Counted from the first letter of the stretch, positions 15,056 to 23,633 are shown. The stretch: DNA of 33,887 nt from an uncultured Solibacteraceae bacterium (GCA_964627685.1 CAZVKM010000002.1:1-33887); one strand, 5' to 3'. Program-made: numbers and translations. Notes: generated by a model from the letters alone, not told the origin.

Positions 15056-16459
15056 ATGGACGCTCAAACCAGCATGGCCAACGTCGATTCGAACCCCTGG
15101 GCCTGGTTCGACAAGGAGCACAGTGCCTCGACCCGCTTCATGGTGAGCGGCGCGATCTGGGCCCTGGTCGGCACCTTCTTCGGCCTCTTCGCCGCCACCG
15201 AGTACTGGGCTCCCGACCTCGTCCGCATCCTGCCGCAGCTCCAGTTCGGCCGCATCCGCCCCACCCACATCAACGCCGTGGCCTTCGGCTTCATCTCCAT
15301 GAGCACTGTGGGTGCGATCTTCTACGTGATCCCCGAGCTCTGCCGCACCAAGCTCTACAGCGAGCGCCTCGCGAACGTCCTGATGATCGCCTGGAACGCC
15401 GTGCTCATCGCCGGGGTGTTCTGCCTCACCAACGGCATCACCGAGGGCCGCGAGTACGCCGAGCTGCCTTGGTTCCTCGACATCCCGATGTTCATCGCCC
15501 TGATGACCTACATCGTGATCGTGTGGGGCACGGTGCTGAACCGCCAGGAGAAGCAGCTCTACGTGACCACCTGGTACGTGGCCGGCACCACCCTCTGGTT
15601 CCCCGTGGTCTACCTCATCGGCAACCGCGTGTTCTTCCAGATGGACGGCATCGCCGACTCCATCGCCCAGTGGTTCTACGGCCACAACATCCTGGGCCTC
15701 TGGTTCACCACCAACGGCATCGGCCTGACCTACTACTTCCTGCCCAAGATCACCAAGAACCCCCTCTACAGCCACCTGCTGAGCATCGTGGGCTTCTCCA
15801 CCATCGCGATGTTCTACACCCCCACCGGCACGCACCATCTCCTGCAGATGCCCGTGCCCGAATGGCTCAAGGCCGTGGCCGTGATCAGCTCCGTGATGCT
15901 GCTCGTCCCCGTGATGAGCGTGCTCGTGAACTTCTTCCTGACCATGAAGGGCAAGTGGGGCATGATCGCCACCAACCTGCCCCTGCGGTTCTTCCTGACC
16001 GCGATGTGGTTCTACCTCCTGACCTGCTTCACGGGCCCCTTCCAGGCCACCCGCTGGATCAACTGGTACCTCCACTACACCCACTGGGTGGTGGGCCACG
16101 CCCACTTCGCCCTGCTGGGCACCTTCGGCTTCGTGGCCTGGGGCGCCCTCTACTACTGCGTGCCCCGTGTGACCGGCAAGCAGTGGTACAGCCGCCGACT
16201 GGCCAACGCCCACTACTGGCTGAGCCTCTCGGGCACGGTGATCATGATGATCGCCCTGACCGTGGCCGGCCTCGCCCAGGCCGCCGCCTGGGAGGAGGGC
16301 ACCGTGGTCTACCGCACCGTGATCCAGGTGGCCCCCTTCATGGGCCTGCGCGTCTTCAGCGGTCTCCTGATCGTCGTGGGCCAGGTGCTGCTGGTCTACA
16401 ACATCCTGATGACCGTGTTCGGCTCTGATGCGGCCGACACGATGGAACCCCAGGACTGA
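15056..16459 (+). CDS. ccoN: cbb3-type cytochrome c oxidase subunit I
   Basis: 12-TM haem-copper oxidase pattern: FGRIRPTHINAVAFGF, WFYGHNILGLWFT, YTPTGTHHLLQ and HYTHWVVGHAHFALLGTFGF. GGAG lies 6 nt upstream of the ATG at 15056; the ATG at 15050 or TTG at 15044 are possible. Confidence 0.92.
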   Translation: MDAQTSMANVDSNPWAWFDKEHSASTRFMVSGAIWALVGTFFGLFAATEYWAPDLVRILPQLQFGRIRPTHINAVAFGFISMSTVGAIFYVIPELCRTKLYSERLANVLMIAWNAVLIAGVFCLTNGITEGREYAELPWFLDIPMFIALMTYIVIVWGTVLNRQEKQLYVTTWYVAGTTLWFPVVYLIGNRVFFQMDGIADSIAQWFYGHNILGLWFTTNGIGLTYYFLPKITKNPLYSHLLSIVGFSTIAMFYTPTGTHHLLQMPVPEWLKAVAVISSVMLLVPVMSVLVNFFLTMKGKWGMIATNLPLRFFLTAMWFYLLTCFTGPFQATRWINWYLHYTHWVVGHAHFALLGTFGFVAWGALYYCVPRVTGKQWYSRRLANAHYWLSLSGTVIMMIALTVAGLAQAAAWEEGTVVYRTVIQVAPFMGLRVFSGLLIVVGQVLLVYNILMTVFGSDAADTMEPQD

Positions 16460-16479
16460 GCCGAGCCGAGGAATTGACG

Positions 16480-17796
16480 ATGACCACCCAACGCGCCAAC
16501 TACCTCTACCCCTCCATCGGGATGGGCCTGATCCTCAGCGCCATCATCTTCGTGGTGGTGCTCGTGCCCCGCTGGACCTTCAAGCCGGCCCAGCCCAAGG
16601 ACCTCCGCAACTACACCGCCCAGGAGCAGCGCGGCCGCACGGTGTACCGCCGTGAGGGCTGCTGGTACTGCCACTCCATGGCGAGCCGCCCCCAGGACTG
16701 GGACCACGGCGTGAAGAGCAAGGCCAGCGACTACTTCTACGACCACGATGGCCACCTGCTCGGCTCCGAGCGGAGCGGCCCCGATCTGGCCAACATCGGC
16801 GGCAAGTTCCCCGACGAGTACCACGATCAGCACCACCGGGATCCCCGCAGCCTCAAGCCCGGCAGCATCATGCCCCGCTACGACTACCTCTCCAAGCAGG
16901 ACATGACCGACGTGGTGGCCTTCCTCCAGGGGAACGGCCCCAACGGCACCCGGGCCCTTGACGTCCACTCGGGCGAGATGAAGTGGGCCTTCTTCACCAA
17001 GACCTGGAACCCCGACCTGCCGACCATCCGCACCGTCCCCCGCAGCGAGGTCCAGCCCGGCGAGAAGATCGTGGGCGAGATCAACAAGGATTTCGTGACG
17101 GTGGAAGGGAAGCCCAACGGCTGGGAGTGGGTGGCCAACTGGAAGCACGGCGTGCGTGAGCGCGAGGAGATCGCCTTTAAGAACTACGAGGCGCACCCCG
17201 AGACCCCCTACAAGTACACCGCCGAGATCGAGGAGTTCATGTACGGGACCTCCCACGAGGCCCAGAACGCCAAGACCCCCCTCAACGCCCTGGCCACCAA
17301 GGCCTTCGCCAACGAGGAGGAGCTGCACCACGCCCGCACCGAGAACCCCGACGTGGCCCCCTGGACGGAAGTCTCCTTCAAGGAGCCCGAAGTCCTCCCG
17401 ACGGACGTGGTCGGCCTCAAGGCCCTCGAAGCCCGCCGCGTGGTCGCGAACCAGGGTCGCGGCATCTACAACCAGAAGTGCTCCGCCTGCCACGGCCTCG
17501 ATGGCAACGGCCACGGCTGGGCCAGCGCCAGCATGACCAAGCGGGCCGCCAACTTCTGGGAGGATAAGTTCCAGAACTACAAGACCGACACCTGGTACTG
17601 GCGCATCAGCCGCGGCGTCCCCGCCACGCAGATGCCCCGCTGGGAGCTGACCCTGGCCCCCGACCAGCGCCTCTACCTCGCGGCCTTCCTGAAGTACATC
17701 TCTCAGAACAAGGGCCTGGGCAAGCTGGCCGGCTCCGATGCCCCGAACGCCGGTGCGCCGCCCAGCGCCGCCGCCCCTCAGCCTTCCGCGAAGTGA
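16480..17796 (+). CDS. ccoO: CcoO (FixO) monohaem subunit fused through a ~190-aa linker to a C-terminal monohaem cytochrome c domain
   Basis: N-terminal TM helix plus GRTVYRREGCWYCHSM...SERSGPDLANIGGKF...HHRDPRSLKPGSIMPRY is the FixO signature. The C-terminal IYNQKCSACHGLDGNGHG...YWRISRGVPATQMPRW is a class I cytochrome c domain (CcoP-like). Two CxxCH motifs in total. Confidence 0.88.
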   Translation: MTTQRANYLYPSIGMGLILSAIIFVVVLVPRWTFKPAQPKDLRNYTAQEQRGRTVYRREGCWYCHSMASRPQDWDHGVKSKASDYFYDHDGHLLGSERSGPDLANIGGKFPDEYHDQHHRDPRSLKPGSIMPRYDYLSKQDMTDVVAFLQGNGPNGTRALDVHSGEMKWAFFTKTWNPDLPTIRTVPRSEVQPGEKIVGEINKDFVTVEGKPNGWEWVANWKHGVREREEIAFKNYEAHPETPYKYTAEIEEFMYGTSHEAQNAKTPLNALATKAFANEEELHHARTENPDVAPWTEVSFKEPEVLPTDVVGLKALEARRVVANQGRGIYNQKCSACHGLDGNGHGWASASMTKRAANFWEDKFQNYKTDTWYWRISRGVPATQMPRWELTLAPDQRLYLAAFLKYISQNKGLGKLAGSDAPNAGAPPSAAAPQPSAK

Positions 17797-17803
17797 GGAT
17801 CCC

Positions 17804-17959
17804 ATGAGCCAGGACCCCATGCACCACGATGAAGAGCCGATGGAGGAGGTCTCCGGGACCCGCATCGGCCACGGCAAGGCGCCCTTCGCCCTCGTCCTCC
17901 TGTACCTGATCATCCTCGTCTGGGCCGTCCTCTCCTGGATCCGCCCCAGCGGCACCTAG
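17804..17959 (+). CDS. Small single-TM protein (51 aa), possible accessory oxidase subunit
   Basis: MSQDPMHHDEEPMEEVSGTRIGHGKAPFALVLLYLIILVWAVLSWIRPSGT. Starts 7 nt after ccoO and ends 17 nt before the next gene. One hydrophobic helix. No recognisable FixQ motif. Confidence 0.5.
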   Translation: MSQDPMHHDEEPMEEVSGTRIGHGKAPFALVLLYLIILVWAVLSWIRPSGT

Positions 17960-17976
17960 TCGGAAGCGAGGCCTCG

Positions 17977-18978
17977 ATGAAGAAGATCCATTCGAACCTC
18001 TCCCTCGCCGTGCTGGCCCTCGGCCTCCTCGGCCTGGGCTGCGCCAGTGAAGGTCTGGGGGGCAAGGCCCCCGCCGGCGAGCTGATCCAGGCCGTGAACG
18101 CCGTCCCCGGCGGCCTCGAAGGCGTGGAACCCGACGCCCCCTATCCCCTCGGCCTCCCCTCGGCCGTAAAGGGCCGTCCGCTCTATCAGGCGAACTGCGC
18201 CTCCTGCCATGGCACCTGGTACACCGCCCAGGAGCGCCTCGATCTGGCGGCGGGCAAGCCCGAGGTGATCGAGCGCCTCAAGGCCGAGCACCGCGAACCC
18301 GGCAACGCCCTGGAGAAGGCCAAGGTTGGTCCCGACTTCGCCGGCCGTGACTGGCGCTTCCAGCGCACCCCCGCCGAGCTGTTCAACCTCGTCGCCTACG
18401 GCAGCGATCGCGTCGTGGCCAAGGGCAACACCTTCGTCCCGGCCATGGCCAAGGACGGCAAGGCCCTCGGCAAGCTCCACCCGGGCCCCGACGGGAAGCC
18501 CGGCATCGGCTGGATCGACCACCTCAAGGACAACCGTGGCAACGTGATGGTGGCGGCCAACGATCCCATGCCCGTGTGGCACAGCATCTACTACGTGTGG
18601 TCCCGTTCCATCGCTGGCGTGGCGCCGGATCAGTACAAGAAGGCCTGGGATGTCTACGGCCAGAACTGCAACGTGTGCCACGGCGTGATGGGCAAGGGCG
18701 ACGGTCCCCTGTCTCGCACGATCACCCCCGCGCCCTTCAACTTCCACAACCGCAAGGCCATGGCGGAACAGACGGATGAGTTCCTCTACTGGCGCATCTC
18801 GGAGGGGGGCCAGTTCAAGTCCATCCCCGAGAGCATCCAGAACACCATGAGCCGTTCCGCCCTGGGACTGTACGTCCACCAGTGGTCCGCCATGCCCGCC
18901 TGGAAGGGCGTGCTCACGCCCGAGAAGCGCTGGCTGGCCGTCGACGGTGTGCGCATGAAGTCCTACGAGCAGGACTAG
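17977..18978 (+). CDS. Dihaem c-type cytochrome lipoprotein
   Basis: Lipobox LGLLGLGC. Two CxxCH motifs (CASCHG, CNVCHG). The second domain ends with a Met-ligand block (WSAMPAW). Confidence 0.85.
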   Translation: MKKIHSNLSLAVLALGLLGLGCASEGLGGKAPAGELIQAVNAVPGGLEGVEPDAPYPLGLPSAVKGRPLYQANCASCHGTWYTAQERLDLAAGKPEVIERLKAEHREPGNALEKAKVGPDFAGRDWRFQRTPAELFNLVAYGSDRVVAKGNTFVPAMAKDGKALGKLHPGPDGKPGIGWIDHLKDNRGNVMVAANDPMPVWHSIYYVWSRSIAGVAPDQYKKAWDVYGQNCNVCHGVMGKGDGPLSRTITPAPFNFHNRKAMAEQTDEFLYWRISEGGQFKSIPESIQNTMSRSALGLYVHQWSAMPAWKGVLTPEKRWLAVDGVRMKSYEQD

Positions 18979-18989
18979 GGGAGACGACG

Positions 18990-19646
18990 ATGCAAGAGAA
19001 CACCCGCCGGACCCTCCTCAAGACCCTCACGGCCCTGCCCATCATCGGCGGCGCCATCGAGCTGCAGCACGTGATCCTTCGCTACTTCAAGCCCACCATG
19101 GCGGGCGGCCTGAAGAGCATGGTGGCCGAGCCCGACAGCGCCGGCAGCTCCGAGCAGGAGATCGCCGATCTCGACGAACTGAAGAACCCCTGGGACTTCA
19201 AGGAGTTCATCTACGTCCGCAAGTCGGTGGAGTACAGCAGCCGCAAGTGGCAGGGCGCCAAGATCCCGGCCTTCATCGTGCGCCTGCCCGAGGAGTACAT
19301 CACCGACAAGAAGGACCCCAAGGGCGCCTACGTCGTGGTGCAGCGCATCTGCCCGCACCTCGGGTGCACCTTCAACTTCATCAGCAACTCGGAAGAGCTC
19401 GCCGGCGGCTACAACTACAAGGCCCCGGCGCCCTTCCACCCCTTTTTCGCGTGCCCGTGCCACCTTTCCGTGTACGATCCGACGCGTCCCCAGCCCATCG
19501 CGGGGACCGTGGCGGGCAAGCCCTTCGACAAGCTGCCGGGCAAGGTGGTCTCCGGACCCGCGCCCCGTCCTCCCCGCACCATGTCCTTCGACATCCGTGG
19601 CACGAAGATCGTGATCACGGATACCGAAGGCGGCGGTGTGGGTTAG
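18990..19646 (+). CDS. Rieske [2Fe-2S] iron-sulfur subunit with Tat signal
   Basis: Twin-arginine motif TRRTLLK followed by a hydrophobic helix. Rieske boxes CPHLGC and CPCHLS. GGGGAGA RBS upstream of the ATG at 18990; the track's 36-aa N-terminal extension was rejected. Confidence 0.88.
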   Translation: MQENTRRTLLKTLTALPIIGGAIELQHVILRYFKPTMAGGLKSMVAEPDSAGSSEQEIADLDELKNPWDFKEFIYVRKSVEYSSRKWQGAKIPAFIVRLPEEYITDKKDPKGAYVVVQRICPHLGCTFNFISNSEELAGGYNYKAPAPFHPFFACPCHLSVYDPTRPQPIAGTVAGKPFDKLPGKVVSGPAPRPPRTMSFDIRGTKIVITDTEGGGVG

Positions 19647-19662
19647 AGGCAGGAGGAGACCG

Positions 19663-21273
19663 ATGCTGACCAAGATCTGGAACGTCCTGCAGGGCCTTCT
19701 TCCGCGCCGTGGCGTGGCCGGCCACGTCTACCACGGCGTCCTCAACGCCCCCGTGAACTTCATCGAGTGGTTCAAGGAGCGCTGGGACAAGATGGACCTC
19801 TTCGACGAGACCCACGTCGAGAAGGCCAAGACCAACCCCTTCTATGCCATCGGCGGCATGTGGTACTGGGTGTGGATGCTCGTGATCGCCAGCGGCGTGC
19901 TGCTGATGATCTACTACGTGCCCGACACCAGCCAGGCCTTCGTGTCCATCGAGCGCATGCAGGCCAACTGGAAGTGGGGTGAGATCCCCATCGGCGCCAT
20001 CATCCGCGGCATGCACAAGTACGGTGCGGACGCCTTCATCATCCTCGCCACCATCCGCGTGTACCGCATCTGGTTCAGCGGCGGGTACAAGGGCGGCCAT
20101 GAGCTCAGCTTCATCGTGGCCCTCCTGCTCCTCATCATCGGCATGTACTCCGGCCTCACCGGCTACCTGCTGATCTGGAACCAGCGCGCCCTGTGGGCGA
20201 CCAAGGTGATGGCGACCTTCCCCACCTACCTGGACAAGAACCCCAGCTGGATACCCGGCGGCGACTTCATCAACTGGACGAACCAGGGCAAGACCACCGC
20301 GCAGATCCTGCTCGGCGGCACCTCCATCGGTCCGGCCACGGTGACGCGGTTCTACGCCTTCCACTTCATGCTGTCGTTCCTCGTGATGATCTTCTTCGAG
20401 CTCCGCGTCTACCATCGCGGCTTCAAGCGGATGAACATCAGCCGCTGGTCGAAGTTCATCCTCTTCATGATCCTCGCGGGCATGGCCATCCTCATCCCGG
20501 CCGCCCAGGGCAGCCCGGCCAACCCCGAGGTCACCCCGAACCCCATCCTCAGCGACTGGTACTTCCTCGCGATGTACCACATGCTCAAGCTCCAGGATCC
20601 CTACCTGGCCACGATCCTCACCGTGGGCGTGCCCGCCCTGGTGCTGCTGGCCCTTTTCCTGGATCGCCGGCCGGAGACGGCCTGGAACGAGCGCCAGATC
20701 GCCAACTGGATCGGCATCGGCGGCCTCATCTACTTCATCGTCTTCAGCTTCCTGATCATCAACAGCATCGCGGACCTCCACCGGGACGCCCCCCTCTGGT
20801 ACTACTCCATGGGCCTCTTCCTGCTCATCGGGTACTTCAAGGACTGGGGCTACGTGATGAAGCGGGACGGGAAGCAGTGGTGGGAGACCTTCCACCTCTT
20901 CTTCGTCGCCTTCCTGGTCGTCTCCATGAGCGCCAACACGCTCTTCCACTACTTCGGCGACATCCGCGAGTGGAACGTGCTGGCCAAGGCCGAGCTGCCC
21001 AAGGTCCTCGCCGCGCACCCCGGGTTCACCCAGGATCAGGCCCTCGACTTCCTCGAGAAGACCAAGCCGGGCCTGAACCTCTGGATGACCCCGGAAGCGA
21101 CCGTGGCCAAGGGCATGCCCAAGGGCCTGGAGCTCTGGAAGATCCACGTCCTCGGGTGGCTCTTCATCCCCCTCGCGGGCACCGTCATCGGCCTGAAGCG
21201 CTGGGCTGACAAGCGGGACGCCCTCCTCGCCGCCGCGGCCGCCAAGGCCAAGGCCAAGACCGCGGGAGCCTAG
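19663..21273 (+). CDS. Cytochrome b (fused b6 + subunit IV type, extended C-terminus); Arg replaces His at the second haem-ligand position of helix B and at +14 in helix D
   Basis: AGGAGGAG RBS. RGMHKYGADAFIILATIRVYRIWFSGGYKGGHELSF aligns residue-for-residue with the b6 helix B block R.IHRW.A......ILHVFRVY..GGFKKPRELTW, but position +14 is Arg. Helix D reads TRFYAFHFMLSFLVMIFFELRVYH (His0, Arg+14, His+17). The Qo-loop PEWY equivalent is SDWYF. About 10 TM helices. Confidence 0.85.
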   Translation: MLTKIWNVLQGLLPRRGVAGHVYHGVLNAPVNFIEWFKERWDKMDLFDETHVEKAKTNPFYAIGGMWYWVWMLVIASGVLLMIYYVPDTSQAFVSIERMQANWKWGEIPIGAIIRGMHKYGADAFIILATIRVYRIWFSGGYKGGHELSFIVALLLLIIGMYSGLTGYLLIWNQRALWATKVMATFPTYLDKNPSWIPGGDFINWTNQGKTTAQILLGGTSIGPATVTRFYAFHFMLSFLVMIFFELRVYHRGFKRMNISRWSKFILFMILAGMAILIPAAQGSPANPEVTPNPILSDWYFLAMYHMLKLQDPYLATILTVGVPALVLLALFLDRRPETAWNERQIANWIGIGGLIYFIVFSFLIINSIADLHRDAPLWYYSMGLFLLIGYFKDWGYVMKRDGKQWWETFHLFFVAFLVVSMSANTLFHYFGDIREWNVLAKAELPKVLAAHPGFTQDQALDFLEKTKPGLNLWMTPEATVAKGMPKGLELWKIHVLGWLFIPLAGTVIGLKRWADKRDALLAAAAAKAKAKTAGA

Positions 21274-21276
21274 GCC

Positions 21277-21567
21277 ATGTATCACCAGGGGCGCATCAAG
21301 GCCAGCAAGTGGGTGGGGATCCTCCTCGCCGTCGTGCTGCTGAGCCAGTCCATCGCCCACTGGAAGGCCTTCTTCGCCAACGCCGGATTCATGAGCTACG
21401 TCGTGCTGATCGCCACCCTCACCCTCTTCCTCCTCCTGATGGTGGGGCTGATGGTGGTGGTCTACGCCGAAGAGAAGGTCCGGGGCAACGTGCAGCATCC
21501 CCGCCCCTGGTTCGAGCGCCTGGCGGACCGCTTCTTCCTGATTCATTCCGATTCATCGAGGGGTTGA
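21277..21567 (+). CDS. Small membrane protein (96 aa, 2 TM)
   Basis: Starts 3 nt after cytochrome b. Hydrophobic helices WVGILLAVVLLSQSI and YVVLIATLTLFLLLMVGLMVVVY. No family recognised. Confidence 0.55.
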   Translation: MYHQGRIKASKWVGILLAVVLLSQSIAHWKAFFANAGFMSYVVLIATLTLFLLLMVGLMVVVYAEEKVRGNVQHPRPWFERLADRFFLIHSDSSRG

Positions 21568-21569
21568 CC

Positions 21570-21935
21570 GTGAAAAAACGGAACATCTTCGGCACCATCT
21601 TCCTGGTCTTCGGCCTTGGGATCTTCTTCGTGCTCGGGGCGAGCAGCATCAGCGCCGAACTCCACGACGTGCTCCATGAGGCGCCCATGGGCGGCAAGCT
21701 CCGTCAGGAGAAGGCTCCCAAGCCCGTGAGCAAGGCCATCGACGCGGTGCTCCCCGCCACCGTGGCGGAGCTTCCGCACATCAAGGCCGTGAACCCCCAG
21801 AGCCAGAGCACCAGCGACAATCCCTTCCAGCAGTTCAACGTCGTCCGCTGGATGGGCTGGGCCTTCGTGATCGCCGCCCTCGCCGAAGTGGGCGTGGCCT
21901 ACTGGACCCGCACCAAGGTCCAGGTGCAGGAGTAG
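21570..21935 (+). CDS. Small membrane protein (121 aa) with N- and C-terminal TM helices
   Basis: GTG at 21570, 2 nt after the previous stop, with a GAGGGG RBS. (M)KKRNIFGTIFLVFGLGIFFVLGASS ... WMGWAFVIAALAEVGVAYW. The track ORF 21309-21935 is the same frame with a spurious extension. Confidence 0.5.
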   Translation: MKKRNIFGTIFLVFGLGIFFVLGASSISAELHDVLHEAPMGGKLRQEKAPKPVSKAIDAVLPATVAELPHIKAVNPQSQSTSDNPFQQFNVVRWMGWAFVIAALAEVGVAYWTRTKVQVQE

Positions 21936-21943
21936 GAGGCACC

Positions 21944-23218
21944 ATGTACAAGAAATTCCTCCAGCTCACCAAGAACCTCACGGTCTCCCTCGAGAAGGGC
22001 GTGAACTTCCTGACCACCCAGGAGCACAACCCCCTGTACTTCCACGGGGCCCTGCCGCTCTACACCTTCTGGTTCCTGATCTTCTCCGGCATCCTGCTGT
22101 GGATGTACTACATCCCCACCCTGGAGCGGGCCTGGTCCAGCGTGAACTACATCACCAGCCTGCCCGTGTTCCTGAAGGACGCCTCCGGCCAGCTGGTCCT
22201 CGACAGGAATGGCGCGCCGGTCATCGACGCCGTCAACGTCGCCACGGGCATCCCCTACGGGGCCGTGGTCCGCGGCATCCACCGCTGGGGCGCCGCCGGC
22301 ATGATGATCACCACGCTGCTGCACATGTTCCGCGTGTACTTCACGGACCGCCACCGCGCCTGGCGCTGGCTGCCCTGGGTCTCCGGCGTGTTCCTGCTCC
22401 TCTTCCTGCTCTTCGTGGGCGTGACCGGCTACCTGCTAGTGTGGGACGCCCGGGCCTACCGCATGGTCGTGGAGACCCAGGAGTTCCTGCGGGCCGTGCC
22501 CCTCGCCGGGGCCTGGATGGCGGACTTCCTCGTGGGTGGCAGCGGCATCAGCGACTACACGATCACCCGCTTCTTCTTCTTCCACATCGGCGGGGCCGCC
22601 TTCCTCTTCGTGCTGATCTGGGTGCACTTCATCCGCCTGCATGAGCCCGTGGTCACCCCGAGCCGCGCCAGCAACTTCCTCACCCTCGGCTTCATCCTGG
22701 TGGCCGCCGGCGCCCTGCCCGCCATCAACATCACCGAGCAGCTCATCCAGCAGTTCCCCGGCCTGGCCTCGGACCGCGCCTACATCGCCTCCGACGCCCC
22801 CGCCCAGATCGGCGTGCTGGTGGGCACGATGCGCTACGACGCCTGGTACATGTTCCCCTACTACCTCATCAACAAGGCGGGCGTGAACGGCGCCTGGGCG
22901 ATCCTCTCCGTCTCGACCCTGCTGCTCATGGTGGCCCCCTTCTACCCCAAGGACCGCCGCGACAACCTGGCCTCCGTGGTGGAAGCCAAGTGCACGGGCT
23001 GCACCTTCTGCTCCCTGGACTGCCCCTTCGAGGCCATCACGATGCAGGAGCGGGCCCCCGGGTCCAAGTTCAAGCTCATCGCCGTGGTGCAGGAGGCCCG
23101 CTGCTCCGAGTGCGGCATCTGCGTCGGGGCCTGCCCCTTCCAGGCCATCGAGCTCCCGAACACGCATTCCAAGACCATCGAAGCTGAAGTGCTCGACCTT
23201 CTGAAGACGGGGGCCTAA
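21944..23218 (+). CDS. Cytochrome b (canonical four His ligands, 6 TM) fused to a C-terminal 2x[4Fe-4S] ferredoxin domain
   Basis: Helix B is RGIHRWGAAGMMITTLLHMFRVYF (His0/His+14). Helix D is RFFFFHIGGAAFLFVLIWVHF (His0/His+14). The ef-loop-like segment is RYDAWYMFPYY. The C-terminus has CTGCTFCSLDCP and CSECGICVGACP (two CxxCxxCxxxCP motifs, about 22991-23137). By helix count the ferredoxin domain is cytoplasmic. Confidence 0.85.
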   Translation: MYKKFLQLTKNLTVSLEKGVNFLTTQEHNPLYFHGALPLYTFWFLIFSGILLWMYYIPTLERAWSSVNYITSLPVFLKDASGQLVLDRNGAPVIDAVNVATGIPYGAVVRGIHRWGAAGMMITTLLHMFRVYFTDRHRAWRWLPWVSGVFLLLFLLFVGVTGYLLVWDARAYRMVVETQEFLRAVPLAGAWMADFLVGGSGISDYTITRFFFFHIGGAAFLFVLIWVHFIRLHEPVVTPSRASNFLTLGFILVAAGALPAINITEQLIQQFPGLASDRAYIASDAPAQIGVLVGTMRYDAWYMFPYYLINKAGVNGAWAILSVSTLLLMVAPFYPKDRRDNLASVVEAKCTGCTFCSLDCPFEAITMQERAPGSKFKLIAVVQEARCSECGICVGACPFQAIELPNTHSKTIEAEVLDLLKTGA

Positions 23219-23623
23219 ATGAGCGAATCCACTGAGAAGAAGCCCCGCGTCATCGTCGGATTCGTCTGCGAGCGGTCCATCCCCATCCAGGAGATGATCG
23301 ATCAGCAGAAGGCCCTCACCGACGATCCCGAGACGAAGATCGTGATCCTGCCCTGCTCGGGCATGGTGAAGCCCACCCAGATGGAGCTGGCCCTCTCCAA
23401 GGGCGCCGACGCCACCTTCGTGTGCGGCTGCGCCATCGGCGACTGCCATTACCGCACGGGCAACCTGATGATCCGCGAGCGGCTCGAAGGTGAGCGCAAT
23501 CCCAAGCTCCGCAAGACCACCGACAAGCGCCGGGTGGGCATGTTCTTCTACACCATGAAGGACCGCCGCCTGTTCCTCGAAGCCCTGGAGTCCTTCAAGG
23601 CCTCCGTGGCCGAGATCCAGTAA
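23219..23623 (+). CDS. MvhD / FlpD-like iron-sulfur protein (methyl-viologen-reducing hydrogenase delta-subunit family)
   Basis: The ATG directly abuts the preceding TAA. PRVIVGFVCERS...IVILPCSGMVKPTQMELALSKGADATFVCGCAIGDCHYRTGN matches the FlpD/MvhD pattern (C.g.v.......Al..GADGV.v.GC..GdCHy..GN). No signal peptide. Confidence 0.8.
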   Translation: MSESTEKKPRVIVGFVCERSIPIQEMIDQQKALTDDPETKIVILPCSGMVKPTQMELALSKGADATFVCGCAIGDCHYRTGNLMIRERLEGERNPKLRKTTDKRRVGMFFYTMKDRRLFLEALESFKASVAEIQ

Positions 23624-23633
23624 GGAGACGACG

